From contig CM102288.1 in NCBI GenBank assembly GCA_046563655.1, positions 6,262,001 to 6,326,000 of the forward strand: a stretch of 64,000 nt of DNA. Reading direction: 5' to 3'. Under the pieces are notes generated by a model. The model was not told where the DNA came from. It saw nothing but the letters and a program-made list of their open reading frames with translations, and searched no databases. The position numbers and the translations under genes are program-made. This DNA is from Yuukianura sp. NJ FZ-2021. Taxonomy: Eukaryota. Each line of letters begins with the position of its first letter. The first letter of the stretch is position 1. Below, in pieces: positions 13,801 to 30,277 of the stretch.

Positions 13801-16522
13801 AAATATTGCTCAAACTGGCAACTTGCTACAAAGCAACTGGAGATACTGACAAGTATCTCAAAACTACTGCCCAGCTGGCAGCATCCAACCAAGTCAAACC
13901 GGAAGATAGAAATTACTTTTTCAAAGAATTCACCACAACGCTTGACTCAATCCCCCCAGAAGGTAAAAAAAATTGTTATAAAACTTAAACAAAAACATTA
14001 TTATATAATTCGTACAATTTTTAATAGAAATTAAATGAAATTGACTTTTTTTTTGTAGACGGTGTGATTTTGAGTTCGAGCGAGGATTGTCTTGCCATTC
14101 GGAACGTCCGTGTGGAAACACTGGGGAAGTTGTGTGGAGATGCTTGCGAAGTGATTGTTTTCCTGGAAGTGGAGTCTCATTTTCCGCAAGTACTTCCCTC
14201 TGCCGAGTTGGAGATGGCCATCGTGACCTCTGACCCCCACCACTCAATGGCTCCGGGGTCAACAGAGCTCTCTGGGGGGAAGATGACACGGAGGTTGAGT
14301 GGCGGGAAGAAAGTAGATCGGAAGGAGAGTTTGGTTCCCTTGACGACGTGTGAAGATGAAGACATTCTGTGGACACAGGAAGACACGAATCCAGGCCACT
14401 TGAGACTCGAACTGGGCCAGTCCTTTGATACAAAACAGGACAAAACCATCCAGGGAGGCAAAATTACGTGTCACAACTCACATCTCGCTCTCAGATGGTA
14501 AGAACAGTCTAAAACTTTTGTAACTTTGTTTATGTTTTTATGTTAATGTAGAGTTATGTAACCTATGTTTATGTTTTATGTAAGTTAGTATGTAATTTAG
14601 CGATGTTTGTGTGTTGTAGGCGGAAAGAGAGCAATGCGAAGACCGATTTTCAGCTGATGAAGACTGATTTCAGCGTTTGTGCGAAGCAAAGTTGCGTCAG
14701 GCTGGAACCGGGGATAAACAAAATCAAGCTGGAAGCCAAAGTAAACCGAGAGCAGCAAATTTTTAATTTAAAATTTTGTTCAAATTTTAAAAGTTGCTTA
14801 AATTTTTTGAATGTTTTTGCAATTCCATTGTAGATGGCGTGTTCTGGATCTTTTCGTCTGGGTCAGTTGTCAGTTGGAGTGGGTTCGTTTGAGTTTGTGT
14901 CGCCTCGACTGGGCTGTCGCTACACTTTTAGTATTGACAAAGTGGCTGGAACAATTACGCTTGGAGAGGAGAGACTCAGCCTCATCGCTGGAATTGAACA
15001 GTTCATCACAATCCACCTAGATACTGGCAGCAACCACATCAAACACGTACAACTTTAAACCTTACAAAATATTTTGTACATACTTACTTTTTTAAGGTGG
15101 TGCTGATGATGATGATGAGGATATGATGATGATGATGATGATGATGATTTGATGATTTCAGGGAATGCATCTGAACGTGCGTGGATCTTCTGGTTTGCAG
15201 CTGAAACCTTACGAGAATGCTCCGCTGACTTCCGAGTTTTCCATTCCGCTTGCTCCGACGAAGCCGTTTTGCGGAACGGAAGTTCGGATGAAGGTCAAGG
15301 CCGATCTGGGTCCACAGAAGGACAATTCTGTCATCGAACACAAAGTAAAACATTTATTTTAAAATTTAAAAAAAAAGAAGTTTTTTAAAAATGAATTGCG
15401 TTTTTTTACAGTTGATGGTGAAATGTCCCTGGTCGAGCGATGAAGTGAAGTTGAGTTTGACTTTCCAGCCTCCTTTCATGTCATCGTTCAAAGTTCACAC
15501 GAGTATTGGAGGAAGAAAGTTCATTCAAGTGCTGCTGCAGGGATTGGCAGACAGAAATTTTACTTTATCCAATCACCAACTCCAAGTTCAAGGTCAACAA
15601 GCCACGGACATTCCCCTCGTGCCACTCAATCCCAGGTCACAGGAACTGGTGAGCTGTTTTCACTTTGCGAAATTTAGAAAATCCAAAATTTCGAAATTTT
15701 TGTTTTTCAGTGTTTGACCCATGGACAAACGGCTTCGTACATGTTTGAGATGGGAGTGACTGAGCTAGTGGATGCTGACCCCATGAGACTAGAATTTTCC
15801 ATGACCTTTGCCCCTGCTAACAAATCACAACCACCAGCACTCTACAAGTACTACTTCTCTCTTCAAAATTTCAAGGTATGGAGAAAAAATGTTTTTGAAA
15901 ACAAAAATATTTTTTTGTGAAAAAATGTTTTTTTTAACTTTGACTTGACTTTTGGTTTGTGTTTCTAGACGCAGTATGAGCTGAAGTACCGTGTGGATCC
16001 GCAGAAGGGCCTGGAGTTCTGCCGGGCTGGAACAATGTGCTGTCTTGTGGTGGAGATTTTGAAGGTGAATTTGGAGCTGGAAGAGGCAGAGACTTCGTTG
16101 ATGTACGAAGTGAGAGCTGACCAGCATCTCTGGGCCATTTGCGGAAGAACTTCTGGAGTGGTGAGCATGAGTGATGGACTGGAAGTGGCCCATGTCACGG
16201 TGGATGTGCTGCCGATGAGTCCCGGATTCCTGCCACTTCCAACAGTTTACCTCTCCAAGTACATTCCAGCAGACATCAAAGGTCAAAGCACTTCCCGCCA
16301 AAAGTGAATTCTTAAAACAATAAGAAAGAGAATTTTAGTTATTGTCGTGAAAATATTTTAGGTGGGAGTTCTACTGTGAAGTTGGATCCGTTCCACTCTG
16401 GTCAAGTTTTCAACTGGTGCAAAGGAACACAAGTGCATGTGCTGCCACCATCCCAAGGCTCAACTACTTCCGGCAGCGCTGCTACTTCAGCGCTCAACAG
16501 CCTCAACGAAACACACTTCTAA
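10802..16522 (+). CDS. TRAPPC10: Trafficking protein particle complex subunit 10 (TRAPPC10/Trs130), multi-exon
   Basis: N-terminal 'DWRRAYGRP', 'LLPRTSVLDKIKSDF', 'REKRNEPGWNFCHYFLLQ|EELAFVLEMMEIYEEALVQYDELDALF' and 'ELAMGTYKHIGRIRSA'. C-terminal 'DVLPMSPGFLPLPTVYLSKY' and 'GQVFNWCKGTQVHV'. Stop TAA at 16520-16522. Confidence 0.92.
12210..12527. mobile_element. Foldback/MITE-like palindrome of about 320 bp in a TRAPPC10 intron
   Basis: cttctggtgca...gattggttaggcgctcaaaaaactacgaccac... pairs with ...gtggtcgtagttttttgagcgcctaaccaatc...tgcaccagaag. Confidence 0.85.
15104..15156. repeat. (GAT)n microsatellite, intronic in TRAPPC10
   Basis: gatgatgat run just upstream of the acceptor gatttcag|GGAATGCAT. 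Confidence 0.8.
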
Positions 16523-17307
16523 GGTCACCATTTTTAATCATACTTCACCTCATTTTCATTACTTTTTTGTTCTTCCTGCTCAGTTTTCAGATTTTTTCTT
16601 TGTTTTTTGCTTTCACTTTGCTTTTTTTGCTGCTCGGTTTTCTGTTTTCGTTGCTTTCATTTTCGGCGTTGTTTTTTTCTGTCGGTTTCCTCAGCTTTTT
16701 TTGAGAGACGAGAAAACTTTGTTTGATTTTTGGTTTTTGGTGATCGTCGTTGTGAATTTGAGGAATTTTTTGAGTGTTTGAGAACTTTGTGGAAAGTTTG
16801 TGTAAGTGATTGATTTTTTTGAGTAAGTGCGATGTATGATGTGATTCTTGGAATGATTTATTGTGAAGTTGTCAAGTTGTGCATGTGGAGTGTGATAAGT
16901 GTCCAACTGAAGGAAAGTCCAAATGCTTTGACATGTCACGCTGACCTTCGTGGACGTCACTGTGTCCACATGGCTCTTGGATCTTCCAGTGTTCAGCAGA
17001 ACTAAAATATTTACTCAACTTTTAGCAAATCAAAGATACTCAAAAGTGGAGAGATTGTGCAATTTCATCCATCCTCTCCAGCGTCAGTGTGTTCACTTCC
17101 AGGAACGAGGATCTCCAGAGTCAACACAAATATTACAACGAATTGCGAAATTTAGCACAGAGTGACGATGGACATGAGTGGACGAGATTTGGTATATAAC
17201 TGACACACTCACACACTTCCAGCATCACATCTTCTCCAATTCTTTTGAAACTTATTTCAGCTTTTAACTTTTTCAATTTCAATTTCCAAATTTTGAAGTT
17301 TGTCAAA

Positions 17308-17658
17308 ATGAGTCGAAAACTGATCATCTGTGTTGCTCTTGTAGCTCTGTGTGCCGTCCTGCTCATGGACGCTGCCGAAGCCAGTCCACATCGAGGTAAG
17401 TTCATCTCAAACCATTAAATTTTGAAATTTTAAAACTTTGAAACTTTTTTGAAAATTTTCAATTTTGGAGAAGAGTTTCTGAAATGTGTTGTTTTTTCAG
17501 ATTCTTCGAGTAGCCATGGTGGGAACAGTGGTGGCAACAGCGGTTCTTCGAGTCAGGGTGGCAACGGGTGGCGGTGCCGCAACGACCGTGACTGCACTGG
17601 CATCCAAGAGTGTGTCCGCGGAGACTGCCAGAATCCACGCACAACTATCGGCGGATAA
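17308..17658 (+). CDS. Small secreted Gly/Ser-rich peptide with a 4-Cys motif (2 exons, 81 aa)
   Basis: Exon 17308-17395 is a signal peptide (MSRKLIICVALVALCAVLLMDAAEA) ending at a GTAAG donor. Exon 17501-17658 continues in frame: DSSSSHGGNSGG...WRCRNDRDCTGIQECVRGDCQNP. TATA-like tatataa at ~17193. Confidence 0.75.
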
Positions 17659-17901
17659 AATGTCCGCGGATAAAATGTCCACGGAAGAAATGAAAAGCAC
17701 CACCGCTACTGTATGATTCCATTCCCATAAATTTATATTATAACATGTTTGTGAATTAGTTGGACTTAATTGCAACAATAGGTAATTGTAATTCAAAATA
17801 ATAAAACAAACAAATAGAATAAATAACTTTATGTTAAAACTAATTTTCAGAGTCAAAAAAAATTTGTTTCGGGAAATTAAATTTTCAAAATGTCATAATT
17901 T

Positions 17902-20711
<2,810 letters not shown>

Positions 20712-21249
20712 GTCTGAGGATTAGTCTAACTCTATCTGCTTCCTTACACCGACGTTCCGAAAGTGCGAATGCCAGTGAAATTTAAAATTTAAAAAAATTT
20801 CAACCTTTGTTCTAAAAATTCTGTTTAGGGATTTGTTCTAAAAATTCTCCTGACCTTTGTTCTAAAATTTGAGCTTTGTTCTTGATTTAAAAAAAAAGCA
20901 CCAGGGGACCAAAAAAGTTTTTTGAATATAAAAGCTTGAAATTTGGGTTGAATGAGAAACTAATTTTGGCATTTCCGAAACAAGGCAAAGTTTTGCCTTT
21001 GTCTTTTGCTTCTTTGTTTTATCAATCAATCAATTATTTATTTGATTTGGCCTATTTTGGTTATTTTGTCGGGCCATGTAGCTTTTCGTTCTTTCAAGGT
21101 TTTCGTTGCCGCTTCTTTGTTTTAGGTTTTTCAAAAAAATATTCAAATTTTTTAAGTGAAATAAGCAAATTGAAGCGTTAAAAATAAGTTTTGATGAGTA
21201 CAACAGATTTTTTTTTGGAAAATTAAACATTTTCAAAATTTCATAATTT

Positions 21250-24319
<3,070 letters not shown>

Positions 24320-27174
24320 GTCTGAGGATTAGTCCAACTCTATCTGAAGTTCTTCGCCCTTACACTCTACTGCTACGAATGCCAGTGCATTTTACAATTT
24401 CAAAATTTTTTAGACTTTGTTTTAAAAATCCTCCTTTGGGATTTGTTCTAAAAATTCTTCTGACCTTTGCTCTAAAAAAATCAAAGGGTTTTAGTTTTTT
24501 AAAAAAAAAAAAAGAATCAAATGCCCCCAGGGAACCAAAATTTTAGGTTGGGTTGAATCGTAAACTAATTTTGGCATGTCTGAAACAACGAAAAGTTTCC
24601 TTCGGATTTTTCATGGTGTGTTCATGATCTAAATTTTCACGTTTTTAGTTGGAAGTTTTTAGTTTTAGAAAATTGGAAGTTCATGCACGTATGAACGTTT
24701 TTTGGGTTTGGAGTCCTCTAAAAAATTATGACGCATCATTCAAAAACTGAAAAAATGAAATGCAAAATAAAAAGAAATGAATCATGACTGGGGTTTTTCT
24801 GTTGCGTGTCCTCGAACCCTGTTAAAATCATACTTTTTGAAATGTAAACTCAAATAGAAAAAAATTGCAATATGAATGTTAATAGTCATTCTGATGAGAA
24901 TGGAAAATTTAAACTAACAAAAGCCAAAAAGCTGTTAAGAGGAGCAATTCAAATAAAAAAGAGGAATTATGAAAAGTTAGATGAAGATGGAAATAGGCTG
25001 TGAGCGGGGAATAATACTTTATTAATTGGACAGACTCAAAGTTAATCTGCACAGTTTTGCACAATCCCAATTGAGTTTGATCACAGAGAGACATTACTTT
25101 TTAAAACTAAAGTGAAGTAGCTAATGATTACAATCACTTTGGACAATCTCTTCATCTAGTCTATTACGCTATTCACAATTTGTCCTTTTAACTTTAACTG
25201 TTAAAGTTAAATTTTTCCAAGGTTTTAACTAACCTAACTTCTATCCTTAACCTACTTTGTAACTAACGAATTCAAACAGCGTAGTGATCGTCCGTCGCAT
25301 TCCATAGTTTAGTCAGTTTCCGAGGATTAGTCGGGTTCACTCGGCCGTCGCTTGCTTTTCCGTGGGGTAGTCATAGATCTGCATCCAGGGTGAGATTTTT
25401 TCTGGTTGCAGTTTTTCAATGCTCGTCCTTCGTTTTGACATTCGCTCCAACACCTCTGCGCACGAAAAAAATTTGGATTAGGATCCTGAATTTTGAAATT
25501 TCGGATTTTACATTTCACGATGTTTGAGTGTTAGTGATGCTGCTGGATGTTAGAATTTTGAATTCTTGGTTTTAAGATTCTACGTTTTAGTAATTGTGGA
25601 TGCCTGGATTTTGAATTTTTAAATTCTAAGTTTTATGATTTCTGAATTTTGGATTTGCATTTTTGCATTTCTTCAAATTTGTTAACTGCGCAGATTCTTT
25701 CCGTCAAAACGGAAAATTTAGCATTTGTTGGTCTATTTGACGTCAAAATTTTTAGTTTTTGCTGTGTTGTTTGAATCTTTAGAGTAGGATTGATAGGTGT
25801 TAGGTTAGGCTAAGCTAGGATTAGGTTAGTTAGGCTAACTTTAGATTAGGTTGTTATGTATGTCTTACGTGGTGGGAGGTTTTGTGATGATCTTCTGCGT
25901 TCCGTGGATGCTGGGGGTGGACCATCTTCGGGGATCGACGGCTGTCGCTCTGGCGACGTCGATCCGAATTCAGGCGTTGCCTTGGTTTCAACTGCAGCAG
26001 TGGAGGCCATTGTAGTTGAAATTTTGAAATTACTCAGAAAAATGGAAGTAGTTGAGTGGTTTGTGGGTGAGTTGTTGCTAAACTGAGTGGGAATTGAACT
26101 GGCGTCTCACTGTTTTGGTGCGATGGAGAAGTGGTGTGGTGGAAACTGGATAGATTGGTTGTGGTTTTTATTAAGAGTGGACTTGGGAGGGTGTTGATCA
26201 AGAGTTGTCCAAGGTCACTCCCGCTGTTAAGCTAATGTCATGGACAGGTTAGGTAGTAACACTCGTAATTTAGCATATCCATTGTTCTGGACAAGTACTA
26301 TAGATAAGCATCCTTCCACAATAAACTGATCATTATGCACGAACCAATCAACTATGAGGACAATCCCCACTTTTACTCAATTTAAAAACTGAAAGTCTAA
26401 AGTAAAAGACAAAAAAAAACAGCAAAAACAGCAAACAGTTTTATGTCTCTTTTATTTTTTGCATGGGTAAGAAGGAATGAGTGCTAAAATAGGATTTACA
26501 GGATCGTTATTCGATTTTTGCCGTCACTTTACAAAAAATTTGTCAAAATTTTTTCCTAATTTTTGATTTCTGATGTTTTTTTTTCCCGTAATTTTTTCTA
26601 ATGCGTAATTTTTTTAATTTTGATGACATTTCAAGTCGAATTTTTAAAAGAAGAAAAAAATTATGCTGTTGCCGAGAATTCAAAACTTTTTTTTTTTAAT
26701 TTTTACGTTCTGGATAATATCGGAAGTTAAAAAAAATTGTAAAGGGAAACTGAGAATATTTCATGAGAGAACATTATTGTGTAAGAAGTTGTTACGAAAC
26801 GATCCACTTAAGTGAATCATATTTAATCTTGATGAGATTCAATTTAAGTTTAAAAACTTATTTCGAAATTACATCAATTCAATTGTTTTGAAAAATTTCT
26901 CAAAATGACGCACACGGATCATGTGACGCGTCATTTTCCAACTGGTTTTTGGACATGCAAAGTCACTGGAAAATTACAACACAAATGCCACACAACTGGA
27001 AATGTTTTCTATTTTAAGAATTTTTTAGCTTTACAGGATAAGTAGAAAATTTGCACTTTATTGCGACTAATTAAATAAATTATAAATTATGAATAAATTA
27101 TAAATAGTTTTAGATTAACTTCTTTTTTTTTGTAAATTAAGCTTTAGAACGTGTAGAATTTACAATTTATAACG

Positions 27175-27594
27175 TTAGTATCTGCAAACTTGGCTTTTCT
27201 TGCCGTTGTAGCGCCATCTACCGCCAGGCGTCTTTGCTTGACACTTCAAACCTCCGCAGCATTTCTTATTACCGCCGCAAGTGCCTTGCAGACTCACGCA
27301 CTTTGAACTTGGCTTTTTGTGGTGACCTTGACCTTTGACCTTCTGCTTCACTTTTGACCCGTGACTGACCTTGACTGGGTATTTGACAGAGTACTTGCCC
27401 AGAGGGACTCTGCTCCAATTGTAGGGGCGGTACAAGTGGGTACCCGGGTAGTAGAAGTGGGTACCCGGGTAATACTTTGTTACCCGGTATTTCCCAGGGT
27501 ATTTGTAGAAGCGACTGTCTCCTTCTGGGAATAAACCACAAATGAGGAAACAGAGAAGGATCCGAACAAAACACAAATCAAACTTCCTCACCAT
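27175..27594 (-). CDS. Secreted, Tyr/Lys-rich cationic protein with a C-terminal inhibitor-cystine-knot-like 6-Cys domain (single exon)
   Basis: Hydrophobic signal (FVRILLCFLICGLFPEGDS), YPG repeats, then CVSLQGTCGGNKKCCGGLKC...VC (C-x6-C-x5-CC-x4-C-xn-C). Confidence 0.75.
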   Translation of the reverse strand: MVRKFDLCFVRILLCFLICGLFPEGDSRFYKYPGKYRVTKYYPGTHFYYPGTHLYRPYNWSRVPLGKYSVKYPVKVSHGSKVKQKVKGQGHHKKPSSKCVSLQGTCGGNKKCCGGLKCQAKTPGGRWRYNGKKSQVCRY

Positions 27595-28674
27595 CACGAA
27601 CTTCCTTATTGCCAGTTTTGAAAAGCAAAAACTGAAATTTTAATGTTTTTTTTTTAAAGTTTTTTGAAAATTGTAGAACAAAATTGTGCGGCTAAGTTAT
27701 TGAACTTGAAAGTGGGGAACCTTGATGTTGGTTCTGTGTGCTTTCTGTCAAAATTCACTTCCGTGTGAGTTTAAAAATGCTAAATGTTAACAGTTAGATA
27801 ATGTTAAATTTTGAGAGTGTTAAAAATAAACTCCGTTAACAAAGTTTAGGTAGTTGACCTACTACACTTAAAAATTTAGTGACAGCACAGGAATTTGCAA
27901 AACGTTTTAAAATTAGCTTAACTTAAAAAGTTGAAAAATTAGAATTTCGAATTTAGTTCGAAAGTTAAATTTTGGTTCAAAAGTATACGTGGACAGTCAA
28001 TAACCTCAAGTGACAAAGGAGCGTTTGTGTTTTGAGCATTAAAATTTTTAGGTTCGGTGTTTTTAAATTTGAAGATTATGTACATTTGAGGATTTGAAAC
28101 CAAAACGAGACTAAAAAATAGAAAGTCAAAGTATTTTGCAAATTCCAAACTAAAATATTTGGTGCTTTAGGTTCATGACCCCAAGTATATCAATTGAACT
28201 TGCAAAAAATTCCTTCAAATTTTTTTTTACAGGAAAATGAGTGCAAAATGTTTACATTTTTTTTGTTTACTCACTCAAATGTTTATTTCTGTCACACCAC
28301 TCATAAACTGCGTCTTTTTTGCTTTTGTTTTCCTTCTGCGTATCAACACTTTGAAGTGTTTAATTTTTCATTTGAAATGTCTAGCTTTAGTATTGATATG
28401 CATAGCTATAGGATTGAGAAAAAACACAATAAAAAATGAAACAGATTGTACAAAGAAACGGAGAAGATGAGAAGTTTTGTGGTCAGTTGTGAAGTTTATG
28501 CTTAAATTGTGTGTTGTTTGGATCTCTGGACAACTCCTACTTCCGGTTTCGTCTTTTTATCACTCCAGAGAAAAGAAGAAAAGAAGTTTTTGTGAATTTT
28601 GCACATGTCATCTTGAATTTGAATTCAATTTCAATTTAGACTCAGAAGCTAGTGGTTCAGTTCATTGTGCAACA

Positions 28675-29915
28675 ATGGTTATGCCTAAAGCATTCAACAC
28701 GGTGACCTTGGTGTTGAGTGTTGCCTCGCTCTGGGCTCTCTCCAATTCTGGTTCAATTCACTTTCAAGACTGTGGTAACATATGCACTTCTTAAAAAAAT
28801 TCAAACAAAAAAAAAAAACTTGTGAAAAAAAAAACTTGACACTACACTAAAGAAAAGGCCTTTTAAAGTTTGTCATAGTTGGCGTCAGAAACTTTAGAAT
28901 CTGCTTAATCAGTTGCTAAATTTACTTCACAAAAGATGAATTGCTGGTGGAAAAGTACAGAAAAGTTGACAAAAATTTAGACTTTTTGGCTGGCAAAATG
29001 ACGCAGGCAATTTATCTGGTCAAACCTGATTGGCGGATTTTGAAAGAAAAAATTAAGAAATTTGAAATGGAACAGGATTTATGTAATTTTTGTAATTTAT
29101 GTAATTGGTAAATGATGTAATTGCAGGTTCGACTGCAAATATTACTGAGATGCGAGTGACAGGCTGCTCCAGTCCGCCTTGCATCTTCCTCAAGGGCAAA
29201 CCATATGAAATTGAAATTGATGCAATTTCAAGTAAGTAAAGCTTACATGCAACACCCTACATAATTATGTAAGGTTACATTATTGTAACTTACATTTTAT
29301 GCATAATGTCTGCATTATGTCTGTAATGATGTATAGATTGCCACAGTGCCAAGTTGCCGTACAGAGTGACTGCAAAACTGCTGTTTCCGTTTACAATTTT
29401 GAAGGGAGATGCCTGTACGGTTCTTAGCCGAGGAAATTGTCCTGTAACTGCTGGAGCAGAATTTACTTACAAAAATCACATCAACATCAGCAGCAGTTAC
29501 CCATCAGTAAGTCCATTACCGTAAATCAACTTGTACTAAAAATCAATTTACTTACCCTTGGCTTTAAACTTGGAGTTTTACGGTGACACAGTCCATTTCA
29601 CACGCGGTTTGTGACTTTATGTTGTGCATTTCTGTATAACCTTGGTTAAATTTACAGGAAATGACGCTTTTTCCTAAAATATTTACATAAACTAATTTTC
29701 AAAAACAGTCGTTGTGAAAAGAAAACAGAAAAAAAGTAGCGGATAAATTAATCGTTATGAGAAATCTAATGAAGTTTGTTATTTTTCCTGTTTAGTTTCA
29801 CACTAAAGTGAAGGCATTGGTTCAAGATGACGCCGGAGAGAGCGTCATCTGCATCATTCTGGACGTGCGCATTATGAAGAAGATGGCCAAAAGGAAACAA
29901 TGGACTCTGATCTGA
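28675..29915 (+). CDS. NPC2: NPC2/MD-2-related lipid-recognition (ML) domain protein, 4 exons
   Basis: Spliced model: signal peptide, FQDCG|STANITEMRVTGCSSPPCIFLKGKPY..., DAC...NCPVTAGAEFTY...SSYPS|...DDAGESVIC. This is the six-Cys ML pattern. Family-level call; orthology is not established. Confidence 0.85.
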
Positions 29916-30277
29916 TTCTGCACATGACAACACCGTTTGTGACTCCACTGGCAACAAATAATGCAACTGCTCATGCGTATTCATCAAAATTTTGAAATTG
30001 TTTCACTCAAGTACTAAATAAATTGTTTTCCATATCTCTTGTGTTATCTTTCTCGTTTTATCTTCAAAACCGTCATTTCAAATTAGGTGAACTTCAAAAT
30101 CCTCTTGCAAATTCCACTTAATACAAAAATTTTAGTTTCCGAGTCAGAATTTTGAGAGCAAGGTTTTAAAAGTCTGAAATTTTAGAACTTTTAAGAAATT
30201 TTGGAATTTTCTTAAAAAGTGAATTTTGAACTCTACAATTTTTTTTTAGTTTTTTTGTGTCTGATTTTGATTCAAAA

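Noticed and set aside
15097..15160. Poly-Asp/Met/His coding tract from the GAT repeat
   Set aside because: Using the upstream acceptor hits a stop; the downstream acceptor at 15160 keeps TRAPPC10 in frame, so the repeat is intronic.
16417..16969. Phe-rich and Lys-rich ORFs after TRAPPC10
   Set aside because: Low-complexity T-rich 3' UTR/intergenic sequence with no supported start or homology.
25327..26010. Possible small minus-strand gene (MASTAAVETKATPEFGSTSPERQ..., with a GTAAG donor at ~25869)
   Set aside because: The first exon is plausible, but I could not find a phase-compatible downstream exon giving a convincing protein, and there is no recognisable family.
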